Origin: Alphaproteobacteria bacterium
Lineage (GTDB): Bacteria > Pseudomonadota > Alphaproteobacteria > MPNO01
Assembly: GCA_964291675.2 (NCBI GenBank)
Contig: OZ219866.1
Span: 896,001-960,000 of the forward strand
Direction of reading: 5' to 3'
DNA: 64,000 bases
The notes under the pieces are model-generated. The model made no database searches, had not been told where the DNA came from, and saw only the letters and a program-made list of their open reading frames with translations. The number at the start of each line of letters is the position of its first letter. The stretch's first letter is position 1. Below, piece by piece: positions 48,896 to 61,179 of this stretch. The position numbers and the translations under genes were made by a program.

Positions 48896-49113
48896 GCGGC
48901 TGCCCGCGGCGTCCCCCCGCCCGTTCCCTCGGCATGGCCCGGCATGACGGTTGGGGGTGCAGGGCGCGGTCGCCCGCGCCGCGGGGCTCGCGCCGCCGCT
49001 ACTCGGCCGGGGCTTCTGCGGCTGCCGCCTCGGTGCGGGCGAGGATGAATCTTTCCACCAGGCCGAGCCTGCCCTTCACCTCGGACAGACCGTCTTCGAC
49101 CGAGCGCAGCCGC

Positions 49114-49228
49114 GCGTCCTTCGATACGCCTGCCTGCGGCAGGCTACTCAGGATGAGGGGTGAGGGTGTGCGGCCCAAGCTCTCACCCTCATCCTGAGTA
49201 GGCGCGCCAGCGCCGTATCGAAGGACGC
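49114..49228. repeat. Second-type palindromic (cruciform) repeat element
   Basis: Outer arms GCGTCCTTCGATACG / CGTATCGAAGGACGC; inner arms CTACTCAGGATGAGGG / CCCTCATCCTGAGTAG. Confidence 0.8.
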
Positions 49229-49336
49229 CCCCCGAGGACGCGGGCGCGGATTCGGGCCGAAGCGCGATTTTCCACACTGCCGTTACCGCTTCCGGCAACG
49301 TCTTCAAGCGATACATAGGTCAACCATGTTGACCAT

Positions 49337-49352
49337 TGTTTCACGTGAAACA
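49337..49352. promoter_or_regulatory. parS: parS centromere site
   Basis: Perfect consensus TGTTTCACGTGAAACA. Confidence 0.93.
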
Positions 49353-49373
49353 TTAGGCGCGGTTCCGCCCCGG

Positions 49374-52055
<2,682 letters not shown>

Positions 52056-52369
52056 TGCCCCGTCCTCCGCGTCAGATCAATCCGATGCCCCGCGCGATGC
52101 ATAGCCTGCCGGCGCCGCCTTGGCGAGGGGTTATTGGTCCGCCGGGAGACGGTCGCACCGGCCGGCCGGGCGCGAGAAATCACAATATTGCCGCATTCCC
52201 GGCTGGCGGCGGCCACAATCCGCCACCATGTATGCTGCATCCTAACCCCTCGGACGCCTGCCCCGGGCGTCCAGCCGGCCGTCAGGCCAAACTCCACGGG
52301 CCGCCGGAGCCTCTCCCGGCGGCCCGTTCTTATGCGCGCCCGGGGCCGCGGTGCTACGATCCGCCGCCC

Positions 52370-53383
52370 ATGTCCACAGCCTGCCGTCCCGTCCCCCGCC
52401 GCGCGCCGGCGGCCGCCGCCCTCGCCCTCGCGATGGCGGCCGGGCAGGCGGGTGCCGATGCCGTCGGCTTCCGCGACATCGAGTTCGAGGCCGACGGCGA
52501 GAACCTGGTGGCCGCGCTGTGGTACCCGACCGGCGCGGCGCCGGGGCGGACGGCGCTCGGTCCGATCTCGATGGAAACGGCCCGGGACGCGCCCCCCGGC
52601 GCCGGGCGCTACGGGCTGGTCCTGATCTCGCACGGCACGGGCGGCGGCCGGCTGAACCATCGCGGCACGGCGATCCGGCTCGCCCGCGCGGGCTATGTGG
52701 CGGTGGCGCCGGAACACGCGGGCGACAGCTGGCGCGACGGCCGGTACAGCGGCACCTCGGCCAACTGGCGCCGCCGGCCGCGCCAGCTAAGCGCGGCGCT
52801 CGACCGGGTCCTGGGGGATGCCGAGTTCGGCCCGCGCATCGACCGTGCGCGCATCGGGGCGCTCGGCCACTCCGCCGGCGGCTACAGCGTGCTCGCGCTG
52901 GCCGGCGCCCGGGCGGATCTGTCGGCGCTGGCCCGGCATTGCACCCGCCGCCGCGACCGGGACCCGGAGTTCTGCGCCTATGGCCGGCGGGACGCGGCGG
53001 CCGGCGGTGCGCTGCCCGATCTGTCGGACCGGCGCGTCCGCGCGGTCGCGGCGGTCGCCCCGGTGGGCGCGCTGTTCGGCGCCGGCTCGTTCGCAGGCGT
53101 GGCGGTTCCGGTCGAGATCCACCGCCTCGGCAAGGACCGCGTGCTGCGCCGGCCCTTCCACGCCGACCACATCGCGCGGCTGATCGGGCGCGGGGTCCGG
53201 CTCGCGGTGCACCCGGGCGCCCATCACTTCGCCTTCATCGCACCCTTTCCCGCCGCCCTGGTCGCCGAGGTCGGGGAACCGGCCCGCGACCCGCCGGGAT
53301 TCGACCGCCGCGCCTTCCTGTCGCGCATCGACCGGCAGATCGTCGCGTTCTTCGACCGCGCCCTGCCGGCGGCGCGAAAGTAG
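52370..53383 (+). CDS. Secreted alpha/beta hydrolase (predicted dienelactone hydrolase-like)
   Basis: LWYPT, LISHGTGG, GHSAGG nucleophile elbow and AHHFAF; start inferred. Confidence 0.82.
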   Translation: MSTACRPVPRRAPAAAALALAMAAGQAGADAVGFRDIEFEADGENLVAALWYPTGAAPGRTALGPISMETARDAPPGAGRYGLVLISHGTGGGRLNHRGTAIRLARAGYVAVAPEHAGDSWRDGRYSGTSANWRRRPRQLSAALDRVLGDAEFGPRIDRARIGALGHSAGGYSVLALAGARADLSALARHCTRRRDRDPEFCAYGRRDAAAGGALPDLSDRRVRAVAAVAPVGALFGAGSFAGVAVPVEIHRLGKDRVLRRPFHADHIARLIGRGVRLAVHPGAHHFAFIAPFPAALVAEVGEPARDPPGFDRRAFLSRIDRQIVAFFDRALPAARK

Positions 53384-53399
53384 TACCGTTTCAGGCTAA

Positions 53400-53415
53400 T
53401 GTTTCACGTGAAACA
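53400..53415. promoter_or_regulatory. parS: parS centromere site
   Basis: Perfect consensus TGTTTCACGTGAAACA. Confidence 0.93.
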
Positions 53416-53515
53416 ATGGTCAGCATTGCTGACCTATTCTGATCGCCGTTCTTCGGGGTTGGGCGGCGGATTTCAAGACATCCGCGAGATGCCGACCTAC
53501 CCACGCCAGCTCCCG

Positions 53516-53716
53516 ATGTCCCGGGCCGATGTGGTTTACAGGATCACCAAAACGTTCTGGGAGCACATCGACGAAGTCCATAGGAAGTCGGTGGGATTCA
53601 AGGACTTGACCCTGGCAAACGCGTTCAGGGGAACGGCCTCGCCAATCCACCCGGGCGCAGTGCAGTACTATCGCGAGATCGGGATCGAAGTGCCTGAGCG
53701 CCTGTTGCACAACTAG
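53516..53716 (+). pseudogene. C-terminal fragment of a TAXI-family TRAP solute-binding protein
   Basis: DVVYRITKTFWE...PIHPGAVQYYRE matches the TAXI C-terminus; N-terminal part absent. Confidence 0.7.
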
Positions 53717-53846
53717 CCCTTCCCGCGAGGCCGCTCAGATGGCCGGCAGGACATCGATTGCGTCGCCGTAACGACGGCAGTCGCCTGACAGCCTGGCCAG
53801 CGCCGGCGCGCGGCCGTCAAGGGTTCCGCGCGCCGGGGGTGACGGG

Positions 53847-54662
53847 CTAGGCACGCGCCATGTTGTAGGCGGCCAGACGATCCCTGGCCTGATCGACCAG
53901 CGCCAACCCGGCTCTTGCATGATCCGAAGTCAGGTCGGCGGTGTGCCCCTCATACTCGTCGAGCCCGAGAACGCTTGAACGATTGCCCAGCGCCTGCCAC
54001 CATCGCGAGACGTTCGGCCGGAACTCGAACCATATGTCCAGCCACTTGATCATATCCAGCACCTTGATCAGCGGCGCATAACAGCACTCCACGAGCGTAA
54101 ACCGCTCGCCCATGATCCAGGGCCGGTCGTCGGACAGGGTCGCTTCCATTTTGGCGAAAATTCGGTCCCACCCCACGAGCCCGCGCAACACCCACTCCGA
54201 GTCCATGCCATCCTCGATGACCGATTGTTGCCGCAGCGTTTTCTCCAGATCGGGTTGCTTCTTCCACCGGCTCTCCAGCTTCCCGATATCGATCGTCGAG
54301 CGAAAGCGCGTCACGAAATTCAAGGCGGCGACCCCCGGAAACCCCACTTCATCCGAGTCCTTGATCCACTCGCGCATATAGGTCCGCTGGAGAAGGTCCG
54401 CCGGTTTGAGGGCCGGCTCCGGCTTCAACTCGTCGATGTAGTCGCAAATGATCGAGGATTCGCGGACCGGATTGCCGTCGTGAACGAGTGTCGGCACGAC
54501 AGCCTTCGGGTTGATCGCCAGGTAGTTTTCATCGAAATGATCTTCATCGAGCAGATGAATATACCGCGGTGTCCAGTCCTCGATCCCTTTTTCGATGAGC
54601 GTAACGACAGCCCGGTTGGAACATACTGAATCCGCTTCCTTGAGGTAGTAGAGTTCAAGCAC
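53847..54662 (-). CDS. Glutathione S-transferase family protein
   Basis: SVCS, INPKAVVPTLVHDG and ESSII. Confidence 0.9.
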   Translation of the reverse strand: MLELYYLKEADSVCSNRAVVTLIEKGIEDWTPRYIHLLDEDHFDENYLAINPKAVVPTLVHDGNPVRESSIICDYIDELKPEPALKPADLLQRTYMREWIKDSDEVGFPGVAALNFVTRFRSTIDIGKLESRWKKQPDLEKTLRQQSVIEDGMDSEWVLRGLVGWDRIFAKMEATLSDDRPWIMGERFTLVECCYAPLIKVLDMIKWLDIWFEFRPNVSRWWQALGNRSSVLGLDEYEGHTADLTSDHARAGLALVDQARDRLAAYNMARA

Positions 54663-54722
54663 TTCGATATCTTCCCGCCATCTCCAAAGGGAGCCGCCGG
54701 CATTCTACCGCGAGGGTCGTCC

Positions 54723-54751
54723 TTGACAAGATCGCGCTACTCCGTCGTAAT
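54723..54751 (+). promoter_or_regulatory. Putative sigma70 promoter of the GST-selenoprotein unit
   Basis: TTGACA-N17-CGTAAT. Confidence 0.5.
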
Positions 54752-54813
54752 GAGTTCCCCGGAGATTTGCTGAAGTCCGAATTCGTTCAGGGTCGTGGAA
54801 CAGGATACGGAAT

Positions 54814-55659
54814 ATGGTCGTTGTCGTTCCTTCCAACGGGTCGGTTCTCGAATTGAGGGGTATTCACCTCTATCACGCCAATCGCTCTAACTGCTCGGCG
54901 CGTGTCCGATTGCTGCTGGAAGAGAAGGAACTCGACTGGACGAGCCATCACATCGATCTCGGAAAGAAGGAAAACATCTCGGAAGATTATTTCGGGATCA
55001 ATCCAAAAGGCGTGGTCCCCGCACTGGTACATGACGGCACGGTAATCACCGAGTCGAACGACATACTGAGCTATCTCGAGGAAAAATTTCCGGAGCCGGG
55101 ATTTCGCGCGGTATCGTCGGATCGACAACCCGAAATCGACCATTGGCTGAAGATGTCCGGCGACCTTCACATACCGGGTATCAAGACCTTTCAATACTAT
55201 AAGCTGAACGCGGCACTCCTGGTGAAGACCGACGAGGAGCTCGCGCTCTACAGGAAGCTGCAGACCGACCCCGAGCTGCTGGCCTTTCACGGTAAACACA
55301 GCGAGGGAAGGAGCTTTTCGAAAGCCGACGCGGATGCGGCGGTTGCCTTGCTCGACGAATACTTCGCGAAACAGGAGCAGGCGATCGCGGACGGCGGCTG
55401 GCTGGTCGGCGCCTCGTACACCCTGGCCGACATCTCCTGGTCGCCGACCATAACGACTCTGTTGGCGGGAGGTTTCGACTTCGGCAAATATCCCAACATC
55501 CAGGAGTGGTATGCGCGCATATCCCGGCGGCCACAGTTCGAAAAGGCCGTCTTCGAATGGCGCAACCAGGCGACCTACGCGGTGACCGATCCGACGATTG
55601 CGGGCGCGGCGAATACCGCCCCATTGTCGAGCAATCGCACGGGAGAAGCGGAAAAATGA
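54814..55659 (+). CDS. Glutathione S-transferase family protein
   Basis: SNCSARVR, INPKGVVPALVHDG, ESNDI and TLADI. Confidence 0.9.
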   Translation: MVVVVPSNGSVLELRGIHLYHANRSNCSARVRLLLEEKELDWTSHHIDLGKKENISEDYFGINPKGVVPALVHDGTVITESNDILSYLEEKFPEPGFRAVSSDRQPEIDHWLKMSGDLHIPGIKTFQYYKLNAALLVKTDEELALYRKLQTDPELLAFHGKHSEGRSFSKADADAAVALLDEYFAKQEQAIADGGWLVGASYTLADISWSPTITTLLAGGFDFGKYPNIQEWYARISRRPQFEKAVFEWRNQATYAVTDPTIAGAANTAPLSSNRTGEAEK

Positions 55660-56762
55660 CCCTCTACGCAGACTCGCAATACCCGGTACGGGAGGATCTC
55701 GAAGCCGTTCATGCCGAACAGTTGGATCGGTTGGCCGACCCCGGCACCTGGGGTACCGGCGCGCTGCGCCTGGCGGTCGCCGGAGAGGTTCGCCAGGCGT
55801 GTTATGACGCGGGTATACAGGAAGAACCGGAAGACGGCGGCCCGCCGAGCCATGCCGAGCTGCCGGAGCCGGTTTGCGCGACGATCCGGAAATTGGCCGT
55901 CGCGCCCAAGGACTTCGTCGAGGACTCTTACGAGGAGGCCAGGAGCGGCGGTCTGAGCGACGAGGAATTTGTCGAGCTTGTCGGCATCGTATCGCGCCTG
56001 ACCGACATGGATGTGTTCGCCCGCGGCATCGGCGTTCCTCTACGTCCCCTGCCGGCCGCGCGCGAGGGCCGGCCGTCGCGGGCCCGCCCCCGGGTGGCCA
56101 GGAAGGAAATGGCCTGGGTGCCGACCGTGCCGAATCTCCCGGAGGGCGGCGAGGAGGCTGCCGAGATTTACGGCGAGGACTATCGACCCTACATCATCCG
56201 TTCGCTCAGCCTGGTGCCGGATGAAATGCGGCGCCATCTTGAGCTGGAAGAAGTTCAGTACCTTCCGATGAAGAGCGTTTTTATCAAGGATTTTCAGCAT
56301 CACGAGGGGTTCACCCGCGCTCAGGTCGAGCTCATTGCGGGCCGGGTATCCGCCCTCAACGAGTGCTTCTACTGAACGGCGGGCCATGCCTGGTTCCTCC
56401 GTGAGAGTGGACGCGAGACCGGCCTCAACGTTAATCTGGGAGCGCTGCTCGACCCGGGTCAGGACAGCGGGGTACCCGGCGGCAGGGAAATCCTGGCCTT
56501 CGCCGACGCCGTCATCGGACCCGACCGGGCCGCGCTGGACCGGGCGCGGCAGACTCTCGCCGACGCGGTAGGGGCGGCGGCGGTGCCGGCGGCGGCGGCC
56601 ATTGCCGCGACCTTCACCAAGAACGATCGCATCGCCAATGGCGTCGGCATCCCCTCCGAGCTGAGGATGTTGCGGAATTCCAGAGAGATCCGGGCGGAGC
56701 TCGGGATAAACGACTTCCGGTCGTCGGCGAGCACGTTCAGGCACTACCCCGACGAGCGATAG
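55656..56762 (+). CDS. AhpD-like alkylhydroperoxidase-related protein, probable selenoprotein (in-frame TGA at 56373-56375)
   Basis: ATGA-coupled start; ...VSALNECFY-TGA-TAGH gives CxxU-xxx-H; the frame stays open to TAG 56760-56762. Confidence 0.8.
56376..56425 (+). promoter_or_regulatory. Candidate bacterial SECIS element
   Basis: Imperfect stem-loop potential right after the UGA (GCC-TGGTT...TCC-GTGAGAGT-GGA...GACC-GGC); not computationally folded. Confidence 0.45.
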
Positions 56763-56790
56763 GCGGCCACCGGGAGGCCGGCGCCGGGTT

Positions 56791-57369
56791 CTACCTGTCG
56801 ATATAGCCGAGCGTGATCGGGTGCCCCTTGCGCTGTTCTTCCGTGGCCCCGGTGTGTTTGCCGGACCTCCAGCCGACGGGGCGCAGCACGCGCTCGGCGA
56901 AGTCGATCGATTCCTGGTCGGTGACCGTTGCGATGGTGTCGTTCCAGCGGTTCAGGAAGCCGCCGACCGCGATCACCGCCAATATCTCGATGATCTGATC
57001 GTTCGAGTAGTGCTTGCGCAGCTCGACATAGTTCTCCGGCTCGACGGCGTTCGGCGAGACGCCCGCCGCGAAGGCCAGATCGAGGGCCGCCCGCTCGGCA
57101 TCGGAAAATTCGGGAGAGGTTCGATAGCTCCAGAGCGCCTGGATTCTTTCGTCCGCGACCCCGAGCTTGTGCAGATGATAGGAGCCATGCGACTGACAAT
57201 GCAGGCATCCGCTCGCCAGGCTCGCGGCCGTGAAGATCAGCTGCTTGAGCTCCCCGTCGATGCCGCGGCCCGGAAAGACGAGTTTCAGGAGATCGTTCAC
57301 CTTCTGCCGCAACTCAGGCCAATGGTGCATCTCGAGGTCTTGCCGGCTTTCATATCCTGGCGCTGCCAT
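56791..57369 (-). CDS. Carboxymuconolactone decarboxylase/AhpD-family protein
   Basis: GCLHCQSH (CxxCxxH), FSDAERAAL and FLNRWND. Confidence 0.9.
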   Translation of the reverse strand: MAAPGYESRQDLEMHHWPELRQKVNDLLKLVFPGRGIDGELKQLIFTAASLASGCLHCQSHGSYHLHKLGVADERIQALWSYRTSPEFSDAERAALDLAFAAGVSPNAVEPENYVELRKHYSNDQIIEILAVIAVGGFLNRWNDTIATVTDQESIDFAERVLRPVGWRSGKHTGATEEQRKGHPITLGYIDR

Positions 57370-57631
57370 AAGCTTCCTCCCGGGCCAATCGTCGGCGCAG
57401 AGTCCGGTGTAGCGATCGGGTCGTATATTGCAATGCGTTCATCGGTTGCGTCAGAGGGATAACCGGCGAGCGGGTCGGCGGTGGCGATCGCCATACGGAC
57501 GGAATTGCTGGAACCGCGATTGCGCACGGCCCGGTCCCCCGCACCCTGCGCGAGCCCTCGGCCGAAGCGGGGACGCGTCTTGGGGTAGGTTTGCCACCCG
57601 CGCCGGCGTGGCTGCCGGGGCGTCCGGCGGC

Positions 57632-57856
57632 TCAGCCGATGCCGAGCCCCTTGAACCGCTTGTTGAATTTCGCGACCTGACCGCCGGTGTCGACCAGGCG
57701 CTGCTGCCCGCCGGTCCAGGCCGGGTGGGTCTTCGGGTCGACGTCGAGCTTGACCGTGTCGCCGGCCTTGCCGTAGGTCGACCGGGTCGTGTAGGTCGTG
57801 CCATCGGTCATCACCACGTTGATCTCGTGGTAGTCCGGGTGGATGTCCTTCTTCAT
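57632..57856 (-). CDS. rpmE: 50S ribosomal protein L31 (Cys-free type)
   Basis: [16 protein letters not shown] and KFNKRF. Confidence 0.97.
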   Translation of the reverse strand: MKKDIHPDYHEINVVMTDGTTYTTRSTYGKAGDTVKLDVDPKTHPAWTGGQQRLVDTGGQVAKFNKRFKGLGIG

Positions 57857-57882
57857 CGTCGCGTCTCCGGCGGGGCCGCGGG

Positions 57883-57911
57883 TGTATATCGGAAGGTGTT
57901 GCGGTTGACAA
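57883..57911 (-). promoter_or_regulatory. Putative sigma70 promoter of rpmE
   Basis: TTGTCA-N17-TATACA on the minus strand. Confidence 0.55.
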
Positions 57912-57929
57912 GCCTCGGGGATCCCCGCC

Positions 57930-59732
57930 TTGCGTGACGGCGACAGGCCGGGCGAGCCCGCCCGCGGCGACATAGGCAGCCTGCGCGCGCTGATCCCGTG
58001 GCTCGCGCCCTACCGCTTGCGGATAGCCGGCGCCGGGGCGGCGCTGACCGTCGCCGCCGGGTCGGTGCTGGTGCTCGGCCAAGGGCTGCGCGGGCTGATC
58101 GACCAGGGCTTCGGCGCGGGCGACGGGGCGCTGCTCGACCGGGCGCTGGCCGGGCTGTTCGTCGTCATCGCGCTGCTCGCGCTGGCCACGTTCGGGCGGT
58201 TCTACCTGGTCGCCTGGATCGGCGAGCGCGTGGTCGCCGATCTCAGGCGCGCGGTGTTCGAGCGGATGCTCGCGCTCAGCCCGTCCTTCTTCGAATCCGC
58301 GCGGGTCGGCGAGGTGCTGTCCAGGCTCACCACCGATACCACGGCTCTCCAGGTGGTGGTCGGCTCGACGGTCTCGGTGGCGCTCAGGAACGTGCTGCTG
58401 TTTCTCGGCGGCACGGTGCTGCTCTTCGTCACCAGCCCGCGGCTCGCCGCGCTGGTGTTCCTCATCGTGCCCGTCGTGGTGCTGCCCATCGTGGTGTTCG
58501 GCCGCCGGGTGCGCCGCCTGTCGCGCGAGAGCCAGGACCGCGTCGCCGACATCTCGGCGCATGGCGAGGAGACGCTGAACGCGATCCGCACCGTCCAGGC
58601 GTTCGGCCACGAGCCGGTCGACGGGCGCCGCTTCGCCACCCGCGTGGATCGCGCGCTGGCCACCGCGCTCCGGCGCAACATGGCGCGCGGGCTGCTGACC
58701 GCCTTCGTCATCGTCACCGTGTTCAGCGCCGTGGGCGTGATCCTGTGGATCGGCGGGCACGACGTGATGGACGGGCGGATCTCGCCCGGCGAGCTCTCCG
58801 CCTTCGTGTTCTACGCCGTGGTGGTCGCGGGCTCGGTCGGCGCGGTCAGCGAGGTGATCGGCGATCTGCAGCGCGCCGGCGGCGCGACCGAACGCCTGCT
58901 CGAGCTGATGCGGATCGAGTCCGAGATCGCGGCGCCGCCCGCGCCCGCCAAGCTGCCCGACCCGCCGGGCGGCGCCATCGCCTTCGAGGCGGTCCGCTTC
59001 CACTACCCCTCGCGCCCCGACGACGCCGCGCTCGATGGCGTGAGCTTCGACATCGCGCCCGGCGAGCGGGTCGCCCTGGTGGGCCCGTCGGGCGCCGGCA
59101 AGTCGACCGTGTTCGAGCTCTTGCTCCGGTTCTACGACCCGGCGGCGGGGCGGGTGCGGTTCGACGGCGTCGACCTCTGCGACGCCGACCCGGCGGCGCT
59201 GCGCGCGCGCATCGGGCTGGTGGCGCAGGAGCCTTTCGTGTTCTCGGCCGATGCCTGGGACAACATCCGCTACGGCCGGCCCGGCGCCACCGACGCGGAG
59301 GTGCGGGACGCCGCCGAGGCCGCCGCCGCCGCCCAGTTCCTCGACGCCCTGCCGCAAGGCTTCGACACCTTCCTCGGCGAGAAGGGGGTGCGCCTCTCGG
59401 GCGGGCAGCGCCAGCGCATCGCCATCGCCCGCGCGCTCTTGCGCGACCCGGCGCTGCTGCTGCTCGACGAGGCGACGAGCGCGCTCGACTCCGAGAGCGA
59501 GCGCGTCGTGCAGGACGCGCTCGACCGGCTGATGGCGGGGCGCACCACGCTGGTGATCGCGCACCGGCTCGCCACGGTGCAGGCGGCCGACCGGATCATC
59601 GTCCTCGACCGCGGGCGGATCGACGCGATCGGTGCCCATGAGGAGCTGGTCCGCAACAGCGCGCTCTACGCCAGGCTCGCCGCGCTCCAGTTCGGCGAGG
59701 CGGCGGAGGAGGTCCGCCTCAGCGCCGGGTGA
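57930..59732 (+). CDS. ABC exporter, fused permease/ATPase (MsbA-like)
   Basis: TM domain, [17 protein letters not shown] and [11 protein letters not shown]. Confidence 0.95.
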   Translation: MRDGDRPGEPARGDIGSLRALIPWLAPYRLRIAGAGAALTVAAGSVLVLGQGLRGLIDQGFGAGDGALLDRALAGLFVVIALLALATFGRFYLVAWIGERVVADLRRAVFERMLALSPSFFESARVGEVLSRLTTDTTALQVVVGSTVSVALRNVLLFLGGTVLLFVTSPRLAALVFLIVPVVVLPIVVFGRRVRRLSRESQDRVADISAHGEETLNAIRTVQAFGHEPVDGRRFATRVDRALATALRRNMARGLLTAFVIVTVFSAVGVILWIGGHDVMDGRISPGELSAFVFYAVVVAGSVGAVSEVIGDLQRAGGATERLLELMRIESEIAAPPAPAKLPDPPGGAIAFEAVRFHYPSRPDDAALDGVSFDIAPGERVALVGPSGAGKSTVFELLLRFYDPAAGRVRFDGVDLCDADPAALRARIGLVAQEPFVFSADAWDNIRYGRPGATDAEVRDAAEAAAAAQFLDALPQGFDTFLGEKGVRLSGGQRQRIAIARALLRDPALLLLDEATSALDSESERVVQDALDRLMAGRTTLVIAHRLATVQAADRIIVLDRGRIDAIGAHEELVRNSALYARLAALQFGEAAEEVRLSAG

Positions 59733-59926
59733 GCTTGAACTCGACGCGGCGGTTGCGGCGACGCGTCACAAGTCTTCTCGGATTGGGTTATGAAGTCCTC
59801 CGAGCGATTGTCATCTGGTGCTTCTTTGAGCGACAGGGGGTCCGATATCTCGCTCCCCTGATTCGGCATTTGCGGTTGTCTTCTTGAAAAGTGTATCGTA
59901 CGTGCCGCAAAACGGAGTGAACTTGG

Positions 59927-60577
59927 GTGGACCAAGCAGAGACCAAGATCCACGCCGCGTTCAGCGAGGACCAAGTCGAACGGCTGACCGGCATCTCTAA
60001 GAGACAGCTCCGGTATTGGGATCGGACGGGCTTCTTCAAGCCCCAGTTCGCCGAAGAAAATAGGCGTGTAGCCTTTAGTAGAGTCTATTCGTTCACGGAC
60101 GTAGTTTCTCTGCGCGTTCTCAACGTCCTGAGGAACCAGTATACCGTTCCCCTGCAACATCTCCGTCAAGTCGCCGAAGCGCTTCCCCAAATGTCCGAAG
60201 CGAAGTGGGGCTGCACCCAGCTTTTCGTATTTGGTCGAAGGGTCGTGTTTGCTGAGCCCGGGACGGTTGATTATTGGGAAATCGTGAGCAAGCAGTATGT
60301 TATCCCCATTGCACTTCAAAGCGTCGTCAAAGACACGCGGCGCGATATCGAAGCACTAAAGGAACGAAATGAAAATACGGTCGGCAGAATAACGAGGGCC
60401 CGGAACGTCTGTCACAATGCCTGGGTGATCGCAGGCACAAGAATACCAGTAGCCGCCATACAAAGATTTTCCAGTGCGGGCTACTCAGTTCAAGAAATAA
60501 AAGAAGAATATCCGAGCCTGACCGACGCAGACATTGAATCTGCTATTCAGCATAAGGGCGACGGTATTGCCGCGTGA
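59927..60577 (+). CDS. MerR-type HTH + DUF433 antitoxin-like protein
   Basis: LTGISKRQLRYWD HTH; IAGTRIPV...EEYPSLTDADI DUF433. Confidence 0.85.
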   Translation: MDQAETKIHAAFSEDQVERLTGISKRQLRYWDRTGFFKPQFAEENRRVAFSRVYSFTDVVSLRVLNVLRNQYTVPLQHLRQVAEALPQMSEAKWGCTQLFVFGRRVVFAEPGTVDYWEIVSKQYVIPIALQSVVKDTRRDIEALKERNENTVGRITRARNVCHNAWVIAGTRIPVAAIQRFSSAGYSVQEIKEEYPSLTDADIESAIQHKGDGIAA

Positions 60578-60975
60578 CATCTCCGATGCCGGGGTTAAAG
60601 GTCTTCCTTGATGAAGGTGTGCCGGTATCCGTAGGTCGCTGCTTTGAAGAGCATGGACACACTGTAATTTATTTCGAAGATGCGGCCGTTCCCGGGTCGC
60701 CCGATCCCTTGGTCGCTACGGTGGCAACAACAAACGATGCGGTCTTGGTTGCCATTGATGGCGACATGAGAAAGATCGCCCGAGAACGGGGAATTGGCCA
60801 GAACCGCTATAAGAGGCTGAGTTTAATCAAGCTGTCTTGTCCAGAGACGGAGGCAGTAAACCGACTCGAACAAGCGATGTCTCTTATCGAGCATGAATGG
60901 TCACTGGAAAAAGACCGTTCAAAACGAAGAATATTTATAGAAATCGGCAAGACGTACATTCGGACTGTCAGGTAA
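60574..60975 (+). CDS. PIN-like (DUF5615/VapC45-like) toxin
   Basis: FLDEGVP, GH, D and LVAIDGD acidic PIN pattern; GTGA overlap with the antitoxin. Confidence 0.8.
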   Translation: MTSPMPGLKVFLDEGVPVSVGRCFEEHGHTVIYFEDAAVPGSPDPLVATVATTNDAVLVAIDGDMRKIARERGIGQNRYKRLSLIKLSCPETEAVNRLEQAMSLIEHEWSLEKDRSKRRIFIEIGKTYIRTVR

Positions 60976-61179
60976 CCGCGTCAAGGGGATAACACCGAAA
61001 ATTCATTAAGGACGCTCCCGCAGCACTCCAGTCGCGGCGGTATCGGCCGGCTCGCAAGTGTCGGTCGGCGGCGAGCCGAAGGGACCGAAGCCGCTTTCCT
61101 GTCGTCGAGCGAACGATTCGGGACATCGTGTCGATCGTGTCTCCGCTGCGCCCGGCAGTGGCGTAGCCCGCGCCCCGCC

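Noticed and set aside
48999-49316. 105-aa ORF as an intact gene
   Set aside because: Its middle is a palindromic repeat and its start abuts the parS module; treated as a remnant
53399-53515. ORF start MFHVKQ
   Set aside because: This is the translation of the parS palindrome, a known spurious start
59666-60319. 217-aa minus-strand ORF in the TA islet
   Set aside because: Antisense to the antitoxin gene and has no recognisable motif
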